Origin: Alphaproteobacteria bacterium
Lineage (GTDB): Bacteria; Pseudomonadota; Alphaproteobacteria; GCA-2731375
DNA length: 64,000 nucleotides
Direction: 5' to 3'
NCBI GenBank assembly: GCA_965232515.1
Contig: CBDDPY010000002.1
Location: 1-64,000, forward strand
Shown here: one piece after another, positions 1-11,185 of the stretch
How the letters are laid out: each line of letters opens with the position of its first letter
How positions within the stretch are numbered: the first letter of the stretch is position 1
The notes under the pieces: generated by a model
The model's input: only the letters and a program-made list of their open reading frames with translations
Databases searched by the model: none
What the model was told of the DNA's origin: nothing
Translations under genes and position numbers: made by a program

Positions 1-135
1 GCCCAGATGCTCAAAGTCGTCGCCCGTGTTGGCGACGATACAGAGCTGTTCCGGCGGCACGGCGTGGGTCAGACCCAGCGCCAACTTGGCACCGCCGACG
101 CCGCCCGACAACGCGAGGTAGCGCGCGCCGCTCAC
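1..135 (-). CDS. cofD: 2-phospho-L-lactate transferase CofD, N-terminal part (runs off window edge)
   Basis: Manual translation from GTG at 135: MSGARYLALSGGVGGAKLALGL...VANTGDDFEHLG, with the CofD SGGVGGAK and NTGDD motifs; GTGA overlap with the cofE stop. Confidence 0.9.
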   Translation of the reverse strand, partial: MSGARYLALSGGVGGAKLALGLTHAVPPEQLCIVANTGDDFEHLG

Positions 136-899
136 CGGAACAGATCCTCCTTGGCCGGCCGCAACAACGCCGTCGCGTCCTGCGGCGCGCCGTCGAGATT
201 GGCGCCGCGGATAAGCACCACCGGCATGCCCTCGTCAGCCTGGCCCTGCAGCAGCGAGGCAGCCGCCGCCAGCTCATCGGCCAAGGCCACCTGCGAAACT
301 TCAAGCGGCCGACCGTAGAGGTCGCTGCGGCCGCGCAGGTCCTGCAGCGCCGGCAAGCCGGCGACGCCTAGCGCCATACCGACGGTGCCGTGGCGCCAGG
401 CTCGGCCGACGCTGTCGCTGACGATCACGCCGACCTGGACGCCGGGATCGGCGGCGAAGCGGTCGCGCAGCGCGCGGGCGCTGCCGTCGGGATCTTCCGG
501 CAGCAGCAGCACGTGGTCGTCGCCGTCCGGCCCGACATTGGAATGATCGATGCCGGCATTGGCCATCACGTAGCCGAGCCGGTGCACCACGACCAGCACG
601 CCCGGCCGGTGGCGCAGCACCGATTGGGCTTCCGAGAGGATTAGCTCGACCAGCCGGGGGTCCTTGTGCACCTTCGTTGCCAGTTCGTGCGCCCGCTCGG
701 ACGGCGTCACATCCCGGATATCGGCGTAACGGCCCTCGGCCTTCGAGACGATCTTCTGGGCGATGACCAGCACGTCGCCCGTTTGCAGCGTCTCGCCCGC
801 CGCCGCGACGCCGGCCAGGATCTGGTCGGCCAGCGCGTCGCCGGGCCGCACCATGGGAAGGCCGGGCAGGGCGATCAGCTGCATTTGACTGGCGGACAC
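132..899 (-). CDS. cofE: coenzyme F420-0:L-glutamate ligase
   Basis: GLPMVRPGD, AQKIVSKAEG, ANAGIDHSN, DSVGRAWR and ADELAAAA motifs; F420 gene context. Confidence 0.93.
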   Translation of the reverse strand: MSASQMQLIALPGLPMVRPGDALADQILAGVAAAGETLQTGDVLVIAQKIVSKAEGRYADIRDVTPSERAHELATKVHKDPRLVELILSEAQSVLRHRPGVLVVVHRLGYVMANAGIDHSNVGPDGDDHVLLLPEDPDGSARALRDRFAADPGVQVGVIVSDSVGRAWRHGTVGMALGVAGLPALQDLRGRSDLYGRPLEVSQVALADELAAAASLLQGQADEGMPVVLIRGANLDGAPQDATALLRPAKEDLFR

Positions 900-921
900 C
901 GAACGACCCCTCGGGCGCGTC

Positions 922-1611
922 TCAGCCGTCGCCGCCGGCCTGCGGCTCGCCGGTGATGCGGATGCCGGCGCCGGCGATCTTGTAGCGCGCGTTCATGAAG
1001 ATCAGCGCCGAGGTCAACGCCTCCGCCACGATCGAGTTTTCGATGCGGCCGGCGTGCCAGGCGCGCATGCCCGCGGCCTCCGCCAGGCCGACGACGACCT
1101 CGCGGGCGTCGGGATCGTTGCCGCAGACCAGCACGTCGCAGTCGATGGCGTGGTCCAGGTCCTCCAGATGGTCTGCGGCGACGTTCTGGAAGGCAGAGAC
1201 CACGCGCACGCCGTCGCCCAGCATCTCCTGCGCCGCCTTCACCGCCGATCCGGACGGCGGCACCTGCACGGTGCGCACCTTCGGCGGCATCAGCGGCACG
1301 GTGACGTCGATCAGGATCTTGCCGTCGAGGCCATCCTTGATCACGGCCAGCGTGTCCTGCTGATGGGCATAGGGCACGGTCAGGACGACGAGGTCGGCGC
1401 CCTCCGCGGCGGCGGCGTTCTCTAGGCCGCGAATGCCGTCGATGCCGGCCTTGACGTTCAGTTCGGCCGCCGCGCTCTCGGCTTTCTCGGTCGTGCGCGA
1501 ACCGACGGTGATCGCGTAGCCCCCCTTTGCCCAGCGCATGGCGAGGCCGGCCCCCAGGTTGCCGGTGCCGCCGATGATGGCGATCGACCGGATGGTCGTA
1601 GTGTCGCTCAT
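922..1611 (-). CDS. npdG: NADPH-dependent F420 reductase
   Basis: GGTGNLG Rossmann motif, GSR, LTVPY, VVSAFQNV, EALTSAL; next to cofE. Confidence 0.92.
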   Translation of the reverse strand: MSDTTTIRSIAIIGGTGNLGAGLAMRWAKGGYAITVGSRTTEKAESAAAELNVKAGIDGIRGLENAAAAEGADLVVLTVPYAHQQDTLAVIKDGLDGKILIDVTVPLMPPKVRTVQVPPSGSAVKAAQEMLGDGVRVVSAFQNVAADHLEDLDHAIDCDVLVCGNDPDAREVVVGLAEAAGMRAWHAGRIENSIVAEALTSALIFMNARYKIAGAGIRITGEPQAGGDG

Positions 1612-1631
1612 AGGTTTTGGACTCGTTTCCG

Positions 1632-2606
1632 TTAGGTGGATGCCGCCAGCGGCATGATCTCATCGGCGAAACGCTGCAGGCGGTCAAGCGTCGCCGGCAG
1701 GTCGGGCCCCATCAGGTTGACTGTCAGGTCCCGCACGCCCAGCGCATGAAAGTGCGCGATGTCGTCGGCGATGGCCTGCCGGTCCCCGGTGAACAGCCGG
1801 TCCGTCTCGCCACCATGCGCCCGGCGCAGCGACGGCTCATCGTACCAGCCGACCCGGTAGGCGAGGCCGATGCTCGCTGGATCGCGACCCGCGTCCCGCG
1901 CGAACCCGTGCAGTCGTTCAATGGCCGCCTCGTAGCGTGGCCAGGTATCCAGCGGGAACTTCGGGTTGTTGCCGATGGGGTACCAGGCATCGCCTGCCCG
2001 CACGGCGCGGCGCAGCGCCGGCCCGCTCTCGCCGCCGATCCAGATCGGCGGATGCGGCGTTTGCACCGGCTTCGGCAGGAAGGCGATGTTGTCGAATTTG
2101 GCGTAGGCGCCGTCGAATGACGGCGCGTCTGACGTCCAGAGCTCGTGGAATACGGCGAGATACTCGTCGGCCACGCGGCCGCGCTCGTCGAACGGCTCGG
2201 CGCCGACGACCTCGAATTCTTCCTGCATCCAGCCGACGCCGCAGCCGACCGTGATCCGGCCGCCCGACAGTATATCCGCCGTCGCCAGCAGCTTCGCCGT
2301 CATCACAGGATTGCGATGCGGCACCACCATCACCGAGGTCAGGATGCGCAGCCGGTTGGTGACGCCGACCAGATAGGACAACAGCGTCAGTTGCTCCAGG
2401 GCCTCGCCGGCCGACGCGCCCAGCCAGACGCCATCGGCGGAGTAGGGATAGGTCGAGACGATCTTGTTGGGAATGACGATATGGTCCGGCACCACGACGC
2501 AGGCGAAGCCCAGCGCCTCGCCACGCTGAACGATGGTGCTGAGGTCGTCCGGGTTGGCCATGGGGCCGCGCACCGGCAGATCGAAGCCGAATTCCATGCC
2601 GGTCAT
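1632..2606 (-). CDS. LLM-class F420-dependent oxidoreductase
   Basis: C-terminal part of ORF 1632..3398; PDHIVIP...YPYS, LSGGR, GVGWMQEEF, PKPVQ.PHPPIWIGG; ATG at 2606 overlaps the upstream stop (ATGA). Confidence 0.88.
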   Translation of the reverse strand: MTGMEFGFDLPVRGPMANPDDLSTIVQRGEALGFACVVVPDHIVIPNKIVSTYPYSADGVWLGASAGEALEQLTLLSYLVGVTNRLRILTSVMVVPHRNPVMTAKLLATADILSGGRITVGCGVGWMQEEFEVVGAEPFDERGRVADEYLAVFHELWTSDAPSFDGAYAKFDNIAFLPKPVQTPHPPIWIGGESGPALRRAVRAGDAWYPIGNNPKFPLDTWPRYEAAIERLHGFARDAGRDPASIGLAYRVGWYDEPSLRRAHGGETDRLFTGDRQAIADDIAHFHALGVRDLTVNLMGPDLPATLDRLQRFADEIMPLAAST

Positions 2607-3568
2607 GCCCCGTCCGTCATGGCCGGCATCACGTCGCGCGCGAACCAGTCCATGCGGTCGGTCGACTGCTGCACGCTCTCGCCTTGGAACGACAGGATCA
2701 GGTGCCGCAGGCCCAGGTCGCCGAACCGGCCGAGATCGTCGATCACCGCCTGCGCCGGGCCGGTGAAGATCCGGCGCTCGCCGTCCTCGTCCTGTTGCGG
2801 CTCGGGATCGCTCACCCACGGCGTCATATAGCCCAGGTCCAGCGTCGCCGGATCGCGCCCGGCTGCCTCGGCCTTTTCGCGCAAGGCCGTCACGCCTTCG
2901 CCGTAGCGCGCGGCGCTGGTCAGCGGATGGCGCGGATTGTTGCCGGCCGGATACCAGCCATCGCCCAGCTCGACGACCCGGCGCAGGGCGCGGCCGCTCT
3001 CGCCGCCGATCCAGATCGGCGGATGGGGTGTCTGCGCCGGCTTCGGCAGAAAGCTGATGTCGCCGTATTGCACGTAGTCGCCCTGGAAGGCCGGCGCATC
3101 GCTGGTCCAGAGATCCTTGAAGACCTTGAGATATTCGTCCGAGACCCGGCCACGCTCGGCGAAGGGCGGCGCGCCGATGGCCGTCAGTTCCTCCTCCAGC
3201 CAGCCGACGCCGCAGCCGAGCGTCAGCCGGCCGCCGGACAGCACGTCCAAGGTCGCCAGCATCTTCGCCGCCAGCACCGGGCTGCGGTGCGGTAGCACCA
3301 TCACCGAGGTCAGCAGCCGGACCTTGCTGGTCCGCGCCGCGAGAAACGCCAGCACCGAGATCTGGTCCAGGCATTCGCCGACCGCGCGGCCCGGCCATTC
3401 GCCGCTCGCCGAATAGGGATAGCGGGAATGGATGTCCCCCGGCACGACGATATGGTCGTTCACCGCGACCAGGCCGTAACCCAGCCGCTCGGCGGCCTCG
3501 GCGACGGCGGCGATGCCGTCCGGCGTGGCGCCGATGCCGCGCGTGAAAATATTGACGCCGAACTGCAT
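2603..3568 (-). CDS. LLM-class F420-dependent oxidoreductase (paralog)
   Basis: Start MQFGVNIF at 3568 after GAGGG; NDHIVVP...YPYS, LSGGRLTLGCGVGW, PHPPIWIGGES. Confidence 0.88.
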   Translation of the reverse strand: MQFGVNIFTRGIGATPDGIAAVAEAAERLGYGLVAVNDHIVVPGDIHSRYPYSASGEWPGRAVGECLDQISVLAFLAARTSKVRLLTSVMVLPHRSPVLAAKMLATLDVLSGGRLTLGCGVGWLEEELTAIGAPPFAERGRVSDEYLKVFKDLWTSDAPAFQGDYVQYGDISFLPKPAQTPHPPIWIGGESGRALRRVVELGDGWYPAGNNPRHPLTSAARYGEGVTALREKAEAAGRDPATLDLGYMTPWVSDPEPQQDEDGERRIFTGPAQAVIDDLGRFGDLGLRHLILSFQGESVQQSTDRMDWFARDVMPAMTDGA

Positions 3569-3737
3569 GCGTCCCTCGATGTCCCGCCCGCTTGATTTCG
3601 CCACTTTCTCATATGCGGGGTGGCCCGGTCGACCTCGACGAACGCGCGGAAACGAATTTCCGCAATATGGGCTTGCAAATGGCGGCGCGGTCGGGTTTCT
3701 GCGGGCGCTATGGTTGATGTGTTCGCTTACCGCCGCC

Positions 3738-4334
3738 ATGCCGGCTGATCCGCCGCGCGCCTGGCAGCGCATGCTGTCCGGCCGCCGGCTTGACCTGCTC
3801 GACCCGTCGCCGCTCGATGTCGAGATCGAGGACATCGCGCTCGGCCTGTCACGGGTGGCGCGCTGGAACGGCCAGACCACCGGCCGGCACGGCTTCTCGG
3901 TGGCGCAGCATTCGCTGCTGGTGGTCGATCTGGTCGCCGCCGGCCGGCCGCCGGCAAGCGACCGGATGTTGCTGGCGGCGCTGCTGCACGATGCCGGCGA
4001 ATACGTGACCTCGGACCTGATCACGCCGTTCAAGGCCGCCGTCGGCCCGGCCTACAAGGACGTAGAACGGCGGCTCGAGCGGGCCGTCTACCTGCGCTTC
4101 GGCCTGCCGGCCGAGCTGCCGGCGAACTGGCGCCGCCGCATCAAGCGCGCCGACAAGGTCGCCGCCTTTATCGAGGCCACGGCACTCGCCGGCTTCACTA
4201 CAACGGAAGCCCGCCGCGTCCTCGGCTTCCGCGGCCACGCGCCGGCCATCGACCTGGTCCCGCAACCGCCGGAGGCCGTGCGCGCGGATTTCCTGAAGCG
4301 GTTTCGGCTGTTGTCGGGTGGGGCGGGACCATAG
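3738..4334 (+). CDS. HD-domain hydrolase (YfbR-like 5'-deoxynucleotidase family)
   Basis: AWQRMLSGRRLDLLDPSP, SVAQHS, LLHDAGEY and AD motifs; start chosen at ATG 3738. Confidence 0.85.
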   Translation: MPADPPRAWQRMLSGRRLDLLDPSPLDVEIEDIALGLSRVARWNGQTTGRHGFSVAQHSLLVVDLVAAGRPPASDRMLLAALLHDAGEYVTSDLITPFKAAVGPAYKDVERRLERAVYLRFGLPAELPANWRRRIKRADKVAAFIEATALAGFTTTEARRVLGFRGHAPAIDLVPQPPEAVRADFLKRFRLLSGGAGP

Positions 4335-4362
4335 CTAAGTCAGTCGAAGCGACACATCCTTT

Positions 4363-4490
4363 AGCCCTCACCCCAACCCTCTCCCGCAAGCGGGAGAGGG
4401 GGCCGCCACCGTCGCGGTTTGTATCCCCTCTACCGTTTACGGGAGAGGGAGGGACCCGCGCGCTGTTAAGCGCGTGGGAGGGTGAGGGCT
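4363..4490. repeat. REP/RIME-like intergenic palindromic element
   Basis: agccctcaccc...gggtgagggct outer inverted repeat enclosing the hairpins ccctctcccgc-aa-gcgggagaggg and ccctctaccgt-tt-acgggagaggg; between convergent genes. Confidence 0.8.
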
Positions 4491-4499
4491 GATAGCCGC

Positions 4500-4973
4500 C
4501 TAAAGCTTCGTCGGATTCGGCGCGTCGCCGTAGACGTCCTTGGGGTCGAAAACCTTTTCGTGTTCCTCGAAGGTGAGGCGGACCGGGCCGTCCGACTTGC
4601 CGAGCGGGACCGAGCGGAAGAAGCAGGAGCGGTAGCCGACATGGCAGCTCGCGCCGCCGGCGACGTCGACGCGCAGCCAAACCGCGTCCTGGTCGTCGTC
4701 GATGCGGAGCTCCACGACGGTCTGCACAAGGCCGCTGGTGGCGCCCTTGTGCCAGAGCGCCTGGCGGCTCCGGCTCCAATAGTGCGCCTCGCCGGTTTCA
4801 ATCGTCCGCGCAAAGGCCTCGGCATTCATATAGCCGTGCATCAGCACCTCGCCGGTCTCGGCGTCGGTGGTGACCACCGGAATCAGGCCGTCGGCATCGA
4901 ACTTGGGCGCCAGTTCGTCGCCTTCCTCGACCTGCTCGACCGACCGGCGGGCGGCAAACATCTCTGCGGTCAT
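4500..4973 (-). CDS. hisI: phosphoribosyl-AMP cyclohydrolase
   Basis: [42 protein letters not shown]; start MTAEM at 4973. Confidence 0.93.
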   Translation of the reverse strand: MTAEMFAARRSVEQVEEGDELAPKFDADGLIPVVTTDAETGEVLMHGYMNAEAFARTIETGEAHYWSRSRQALWHKGATSGLVQTVVELRIDDDQDAVWLRVDVAGGASCHVGYRSCFFRSVPLGKSDGPVRLTFEEHEKVFDPKDVYGDAPNPTKL

Positions 4974-4975
4974 TT

Positions 4976-6019
4976 TCAACTTCCTTCCCGGCCCAAACCC
5001 AGGGCCTGCATGATGCGGTCGACGGCGAGCGTCGGCGTCAAGTCGCCATCCAGCACGGCGCGCTCGATCTCCGGCAGATCGTCCGATATGCGCGGATCGG
5101 CCCGCAGGCGGCTCAGCAGGCGGTCGTCCAGCATCGCCCACATCCAGTCCAGGCGCTGCCGGCGGCGTTTTTCGGGGAGTTCGCCGCTCGCTGTCAATGC
5201 CTCTTTGTAGTCGAGCACCTGCTGCCATAGCTCGGCCAGGCCCTCGTTGCGCAGGCCGCTGCAGGTAACGACCGGCGGCGTCCAGTTCAGGCTCGCCGGC
5301 GTCAGGATATGCAGCGCGCTCTCGTACTCATGGCGGGCCTGATTGGCCTTCTCCAGGTTGTCGCCGTCTGACTTGTTGACGGCGATCATGTCGGCGAGCT
5401 CCAGCACGCCCTTCTTGATGCCCTGCAGCTCGTCGCCGGCCCCCGGCAGCATCAGCACCAGGAAGAAGTCGACCATGGCGGCGACGGCGGTCTCCGACTG
5501 GCCGGCGCCCACGGTCTCGACCAGAACGACGTCGAAGCCCGCGGCCTCACAGAGCAGCATCGTTTCGCGCGTGGTCCGGGTAACGCCGCCCAGTGTCCCC
5601 GACGACGGCGACGGCCGGATGAAGGCGCGCTCGTCGGCGGCCAGTTTCGGCATGCGGGTCTTGTCGCCGAGGATGCTGCCGCCGGTGCGGCTGCTGCTGG
5701 GGTCGACCGCCAGCACGGCGACGCGATGGCCGTCGGCGGTCAGATTGCCGCCCAACGCCTCGATGAAGGTGCTCTTGCCGACGCCCGGCACGCCGGTCAG
5801 GCCGACCCGCAGCGATTGGCCCGCCTTCGGCAGCAGCTTCAACAGCAACGCCTGTGCCTGTTTCTGGTGCTCAGGATTCCGGCTTTCGATCAGCGTGATG
5901 GCGCGGCCCAGCACGGCCCGGTCGCCCGCCAGCACGCCGGCCGCGTAGTCGTCGAGCGACAGTTCGGCCCGCCGCGCCGGCGCCGCGGCGGCCGCGCGTT
6001 TGCGTTTCGGCTGGGCCAT
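4976..6019 (-). CDS. meaB: methylmalonyl-CoA mutase-associated GTPase
   Basis: [10 protein letters not shown]-loop, [39 protein letters not shown]. Confidence 0.95.
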   Translation of the reverse strand: MAQPKRKRAAAAAPARRAELSLDDYAAGVLAGDRAVLGRAITLIESRNPEHQKQAQALLLKLLPKAGQSLRVGLTGVPGVGKSTFIEALGGNLTADGHRVAVLAVDPSSSRTGGSILGDKTRMPKLAADERAFIRPSPSSGTLGGVTRTTRETMLLCEAAGFDVVLVETVGAGQSETAVAAMVDFFLVLMLPGAGDELQGIKKGVLELADMIAVNKSDGDNLEKANQARHEYESALHILTPASLNWTPPVVTCSGLRNEGLAELWQQVLDYKEALTASGELPEKRRRQRLDWMWAMLDDRLLSRLRADPRISDDLPEIERAVLDGDLTPTLAVDRIMQALGLGREGS

Positions 6020-6023
6020 ACGG

Positions 6024-8231
6024 TCAGGCGGCTTGCGGCGTGTGGCCAAGCGTCTCGTCGAGCTTGTCCAGCAGGTCGTCGGCGGCCTCGCTGATCACCG
6101 TGCCGGGCGGGAAGATCGCCTTGGCGCCGGCCTTGAGCAGGGCATCGTAGTCCTGCGGCGGCACCACGCCGCCGACCACGATCATGATGTCGTCGCGGCC
6201 GAGCACGGCCAGCGCCGCCTTCAGCTCCGGCACCAGGGTCAGGTGGCCGGCTGCCAGCGAGCTGGCGCCGATGATGTGCACGTCGTTCTCGACCGCCTGC
6301 CGCGCGGCCTCGGCCGGGGTCTGGAACAGCGGCCCGACATCGACGTCGAAACCGAGGTCGGCGAAGGCCGACGCGATCACTTTCTGGCCGCGGTCGTGGC
6401 CGTCCTGGCCCATCTTGCAAACCAGGATGCGCGGCCGCCGGCCCTCGCGCTCGGCGAACGTATCGACCCGCCGGCGAACCCGCTCGACGGCGTCCGAGGT
6501 CTTGGCGACCTCGCCGCTATAGATGCCCGAAATGGCGCGTACCTCCGCAACATGCCGGCCCCAGGCCGTCTCCATGGCATCGCTGATCTCGCCCACCGTG
6601 GCCTTGGCCCGGGCGGCGTCGACTGCTAACGCCAGCAGATTGCCCTCACCGGTCTCGGCGCAGCGGGTCAGTGCCGCCAGCGCCGCCGTCGTCGCATCGC
6701 TGTCACGTTCGGCCCTGAGCCATTCGAGCTTGTCGATCTGCGCCTTGCGCACGGCCGAATTGTCGATCTTCAGGACCTCGACGTCTTCTTCCTCGTCGAG
6801 CCGGTATTTGTTGACGCCGACCACCGTCTGGCGGCCCGAGTCGATCCGCGCCTGGGTGCGTGCCGAGGCCTCCTCGATCCGCATCTTCGGGATGCCGGCT
6901 TCAATGGCCTTGGCCATGCCGCCGGCCGCCTCGACCTCCTCGATATGGGCCCAGGCCTTGGCCGCCAGCTCGTAGGTCAGGCGCTCCAGGTAATAGCTGC
7001 CGCCCCAGGGGTCGATCACCCGGCAGGTGCCGCTTTCCTGCTGCAGGAACAACTGCGTGTTGCGGGCGATGCGGGCGCTGAAGTCGGTCGGCAGCGCCAG
7101 CGCCTCGTCGAACGAGTTGGTGTGCAGCGACTGCGTATGGCCGTGCGTCGCCGCCATCGCCTCGATGCAGGTGCGCACCACGTTGTTGTAGACGTCCTGC
7201 GCCGTCAGGCTCCAGCCTGAGGTCTGGCAGTGCGTGCGCAGCGACAAAGACTTGTCGTTCTTTGGCCCAAACGGCTTCATCAGCTTGGCCCAGAGCAGGC
7301 GCGCCGCGCGCATCTTGGCGACTTCCATGAAGAAGTTCATGCCGATGCCCCAGAAGAAGGACAGCCGGGGCGCGAACTTGTCGATATCGAGGCCGGCCTC
7401 GACGCCGGTGCGGACATATTCGACGCCATCGGCCAGCGTATAGGCCAGCTCCAGGTCCGCCGTCGCGCCGGCCTCCTGCATGTGATAGCCGGAGATGCTG
7501 ATGGAGTTGAACTTCGGCATGTTGGCCGAGGTGTAGGCGAAAATATCCGAGATGATCCGCATCGACGGCGCCGGCGGGTAGATATAGGTGTTGCGAACCA
7601 TGAACTCCTTCAGGATGTCGTTCTGGATCGTGCCCGCGAGCTGCTTCGGCGCCACGCCCTGTTCCTCGCCGGCCAGGATGTAGAGCGCCAGCACCGGCAG
7701 CACGGCGCCGTTCATGGTCATAGACACCGACATCTGATCGAGTGGGATGTCCTCGAACAGCGTCCGCATGTCGAGGATGGAATCGATCGCCACCCCGGCC
7801 ATGCCGACATCGCCGGCGACGCGCGGATGATCGGAATCGTAGCCCCGGTGGGTCGCCAGATCGAAGGCGATCGACAGGCCCTTCTGACCGGCGGCCAGGT
7901 TGCGGCGGTAGAAGGCGTTGCTGTCCTCGGCCGTGGAGAAGCCGGCATACTGCCGCACGGTCCAGGGCTTGGTCACATACATGGTGGAGTAGGGGCCGCG
8001 CAGGAACGGCGCGAAGCCGGGCGCGCCGTCCAGGTGGTCGAGGCCATCCAGGTCGGCCGAGGTGTAGAGCGGCTTAACGTTAATGCGCTCCGGCGTCTCC
8101 CACAGCAGGTCGTCCGGCGTCGCGTCCGCTCCCCTGGCCAATTGCGCCACCCAGGCTTCGGGCCCGCCGCCGGCCGCCGGCGCGTTGCCGGGCTCCAAAT
8201 GCACTGTCGAGAAATCCGGAATACCGCTCAT
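6024..8231 (-). CDS. scpA: methylmalonyl-CoA mutase, catalytic B12-binding subunit
   Basis: [27 protein letters not shown]12-binding GQDGHDRG (DxHxxG), SSLAAGH. Confidence 0.96.
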   Translation of the reverse strand: MSGIPDFSTVHLEPGNAPAAGGGPEAWVAQLARGADATPDDLLWETPERINVKPLYTSADLDGLDHLDGAPGFAPFLRGPYSTMYVTKPWTVRQYAGFSTAEDSNAFYRRNLAAGQKGLSIAFDLATHRGYDSDHPRVAGDVGMAGVAIDSILDMRTLFEDIPLDQMSVSMTMNGAVLPVLALYILAGEEQGVAPKQLAGTIQNDILKEFMVRNTYIYPPAPSMRIISDIFAYTSANMPKFNSISISGYHMQEAGATADLELAYTLADGVEYVRTGVEAGLDIDKFAPRLSFFWGIGMNFFMEVAKMRAARLLWAKLMKPFGPKNDKSLSLRTHCQTSGWSLTAQDVYNNVVRTCIEAMAATHGHTQSLHTNSFDEALALPTDFSARIARNTQLFLQQESGTCRVIDPWGGSYYLERLTYELAAKAWAHIEEVEAAGGMAKAIEAGIPKMRIEEASARTQARIDSGRQTVVGVNKYRLDEEEDVEVLKIDNSAVRKAQIDKLEWLRAERDSDATTAALAALTRCAETGEGNLLALAVDAARAKATVGEISDAMETAWGRHVAEVRAISGIYSGEVAKTSDAVERVRRRVDTFAEREGRRPRILVCKMGQDGHDRGQKVIASAFADLGFDVDVGPLFQTPAEAARQAVENDVHIIGASSLAAGHLTLVPELKAALAVLGRDDIMIVVGGVVPPQDYDALLKAGAKAIFPPGTVISEAADDLLDKLDETLGHTPQAA

Positions 8232-10321
8232 GTCGTCAGAACTCCGAGATGCGCCAACGCCGTACGCAGCGTCTGCAGTATATCACATCCAAGGTAAACG
8301 AAATCGTCTATGCCGTTGTTTTCGTACATTTCCTGGTTTTCGCCCGGCCGCCCGGCCAGATAGACACGGCTGGCGCCGGCCTGTTTCAGCGCGCGGGCGG
8401 CATCGGCCGCCTGCGCCCCATAAACCACGTCGGACGAGCATAGCACGGCGATGCTTGTTTTGCTCGCGGTGAAGGCCTTGGCGGCGGCGGCTGCGCTGTC
8501 GAAGCCGCCATTGTCGACCGCCTCGATGCCGCCGGCTTCGAACAGGTTCCGGGCGAACAGATTGCGGCCCGTATAGTCCGCCGGGCTACCGAGATTGGCC
8601 ACGAAGATCCGCGGCCGCGCGCCTGTCTTGGCGCGATAGGCGTCGGCGGCGTCGCGCAGTTCCTCGTAGGCCTCTGCCGCCCGGTGCCGGGGCAGCGCCT
8701 CGATCGCCGTCGGCGTCCCGGCGAGCGCCTTTGCCATCGCGCCCAGCGTAACGCCGGACGCTGCCGCATCGACCAATGCGGCCGTGACCGGACCGTCGCC
8801 GGACAGCGAAAACGCCGTTTCGCGCTGCGCCGGCAGCCGCGTCGCCGCGTCGGCGCGCAGGGCGGCCAAGTCGGCCGGCGCGGTCTCGATCTCATCCTCG
8901 TGGATGTTCGGAAACTCGCTGACGCCGGTCAGCGCGTCCTTGCGGCGGGCGAGGTTCTTCTCGCGCTCGGCGTTGACCGTGGCGATGCGGGCGGCGAGGG
9001 CGCCGCTCAGCAGTTCCTCGACGATACCGCCCGCGGCCTCGATGGCCTGGAACTCGGCCCAAGCGGCGCGCGCCATCTGGTCGGTCAGGCTCTCGACATA
9101 CCAGGCGCCGCCGGCCGGATCGATCACCCGGTTCAGCGAGGATTCCTCCAGCAGCAGCAGTTGCGTGTTGCGGGCAATGCGCTGGCCGAAGGCGCTGGGC
9201 AGGCCGGCCGCGGCGTCGTAGGGCAGGGTGGTGATGCTGTCGGCGCCACCGACCGCGGCGGCAAAGCACGTCGCCGTCGTGCGCAGCAGGTTCACCCAGG
9301 GATCGCGTCGGCTGACGACGCGGTCGGCGGTGCGCGCCTGCAGCGTCATGCCGCGCGCGTCTTCCGTGGCGCCGCTGGCCTCGGCGATCCGGGCCCACAT
9401 CTTGCGCGCCGCGCGCAGCTTGGCGATGCCGGCGAACAGATCGGCGTCGATGGAAAACCGGAAGGCGAGCTGCCGGCAGGCCGTATCGATGTCCAGACCG
9501 GCATCGGTGAGCGCCCGGAGATAGGCGACGCCCGTCGCCATGGCGCAGGCCAGGTCCTGGGTCTCGCTGGCCCCGGCATTGTAGTGGGCCGAGGTGTCGA
9601 CACCGACCGCCGTCACCTGCGAATAGCCGTCGGCGACATAGCCGGCGAGGGCGGAGAGATGGTCCAGCGACGTGGCGATATCCGTCGGCAGACGGCCGTC
9701 GGCGGCGAGCGCGCCGATGGGATCGGCGTTGAGCGCACCCCGCGCGTCGGCGGGGGCGAGCCCGTGCTTCCGCCACAGCGCCAGCAGCATGGCGGCGGCC
9801 GGCATGAATTGCGCCCCGGCATCGAGCGCCACCGGCGCCAGGTCGAGCCGCACGTCCGCAAGCGTCCGCTCGAGGTCGTCGAGGCAGCTCAGCATGATGC
9901 CGTCACGGCCGGCGGTAGCCTCGGCCGCCGCGTCATCGCTGTCGAGGCCCGCGCGGCCGGCGGCATCAAGCCGCAGCTCGATCGAGGTGACGCCGCGTTC
10001 CAGGTCGGTTAGAACGGCCGCGTTGTTGGCCCGCGGTTCGGGATGGCTATGAACCTGCCGCAGGTCCCAGCCGTTGCGCACGCGCCCGGCCGCATGGGCG
10101 CCGCGGGTGAACGGCGGCAGACCGGGAAAGCCTGAGGCGTCGTCGTCCGACGGCCAGTCGCGCCGCGTATAGATCGGCTGGATGGCCAGGCCGTCATAGG
10201 TGCGGCTGACCAGCTTCTTGTCGAAGGGCGCGCCGCCCAGCGCCTTTTCGACCAGGGCCAGCCAGTCGTCATGGCTGACGGCCGGGAACTCGCCGGCAAG
10301 GGTCAATCGCTCGTCGCTCAT
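8228..10321 (-). CDS. methylmalonyl-CoA mutase small (non-catalytic) subunit
   Basis: MCM-family motifs ([34 protein letters not shown]) but no DxHxxG; stop overlaps the start of the large subunit. Confidence 0.88.
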   Translation of the reverse strand: MSDERLTLAGEFPAVSHDDWLALVEKALGGAPFDKKLVSRTYDGLAIQPIYTRRDWPSDDDASGFPGLPPFTRGAHAAGRVRNGWDLRQVHSHPEPRANNAAVLTDLERGVTSIELRLDAAGRAGLDSDDAAAEATAGRDGIMLSCLDDLERTLADVRLDLAPVALDAGAQFMPAAAMLLALWRKHGLAPADARGALNADPIGALAADGRLPTDIATSLDHLSALAGYVADGYSQVTAVGVDTSAHYNAGASETQDLACAMATGVAYLRALTDAGLDIDTACRQLAFRFSIDADLFAGIAKLRAARKMWARIAEASGATEDARGMTLQARTADRVVSRRDPWVNLLRTTATCFAAAVGGADSITTLPYDAAAGLPSAFGQRIARNTQLLLLEESSLNRVIDPAGGAWYVESLTDQMARAAWAEFQAIEAAGGIVEELLSGALAARIATVNAEREKNLARRKDALTGVSEFPNIHEDEIETAPADLAALRADAATRLPAQRETAFSLSGDGPVTAALVDAAASGVTLGAMAKALAGTPTAIEALPRHRAAEAYEELRDAADAYRAKTGARPRIFVANLGSPADYTGRNLFARNLFEAGGIEAVDNGGFDSAAAAAKAFTASKTSIAVLCSSDVVYGAQAADAARALKQAGASRVYLAGRPGENQEMYENNGIDDFVYLGCDILQTLRTALAHLGVLTT

Positions 10322-10467
10322 CGATGCTCCGGATCGGCCGACGCGGCATCTCGCCGGCGGCGCCAGGAATAGTATGCTGGCGCCAGTATATCAAATCCGC
10401 GCGCCGCCACTATTCACGGCGCGTCGCCAGCCAGCTTTGCCACATCACATCAGGAAGGCGTCCTAAC

Positions 10468-10851
10468 ATGCAGAGAAAGCGTATTTCTACCGCCTCGAGC
10501 TTCGAGGAGCTGGCGGGCTATTGCCGCGCCATCGTTGACGGCGAGTGGGTCTTCGTCGGCGGCACCACGGGCTACGACTACGCCACCATGTCGATCTCGG
10601 ACGATGTCGCCGAGCAGGTGGCCCAGACCTTCCGCAACATCGAATGGGCGCTGGGCGAGGCCGGTGCCGACAAGAGCGATGTCGTGCAGATCCGCGTCTA
10701 CGTCGCCGACCGCGACGACTTCCCGACCATCGCGCCGCTGGTCGGCGACTGGTGCCGTGACTTCCGCCCGGTAAACACCACCGTGGTGACGCCCCTGGTC
10801 GCGCCCGAGATGAAGGTCGAGATCGAGGTCACGGCCAAGCGTCAGACCTGA
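10468..10851 (+). CDS. RidA/YjgF family protein
   Basis: SSFEELAGYCRA, VFVGGTTG, RPVNT, MKVEIEVTA; AGGAAGG upstream of ATG 10468. Confidence 0.88.
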   Translation: MQRKRISTASSFEELAGYCRAIVDGEWVFVGGTTGYDYATMSISDDVAEQVAQTFRNIEWALGEAGADKSDVVQIRVYVADRDDFPTIAPLVGDWCRDFRPVNTTVVTPLVAPEMKVEIEVTAKRQT

Positions 10852-10912
10852 CGGCGCCAACCAATTCGGTCATTGCCAACGCCTTGCGTCGTGCCCAAGT
10901 GAATCGTCAGTC

Positions 10913-11185
10913 ATGCAAGCAGCCACTGACAACCCGCAATCCCCGCAGGCGGTGTCGATCGCCGATGGCGAGATTACGTTCGACGCCGGGCTGGTCGCGG
11001 CCCGCCTCGGACTTGCGCCCGACGTATTCATGCAGGAGCTGGCGCGCGGCATCGTCTATCGGCAGGTGGAGCGGGGCACGGGCGAAGACGCCGGTCGCAC
11101 CCGCGTCACCTTCCGTTACCGCGCCTCGGTCTGGCGTTGCATCATCGATGCCGACGGTCGGTTGATCGAAGACAAAGTCACCTAA
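10913..11185 (+). CDS. small hypothetical protein (DUF6522-like)
   Basis: 90 aa with ERGTGEDAGRTRVTFRY, typical of this small proteobacterial family; stop overlaps the convergent gene. Confidence 0.65.
   Translation: MQAATDNPQSPQAVSIADGEITFDAGLVAARLGLAPDVFMQELARGIVYRQVERGTGEDAGRTRVTFRYRASVWRCIIDADGRLIEDKVT

Noticed and set aside
10322-10467. Cobalamin riboswitch upstream of the mutase operon
   Set aside because: The intergenic region is only about 145 bp and shared with a divergent gene; no B12-box motifs were seen.
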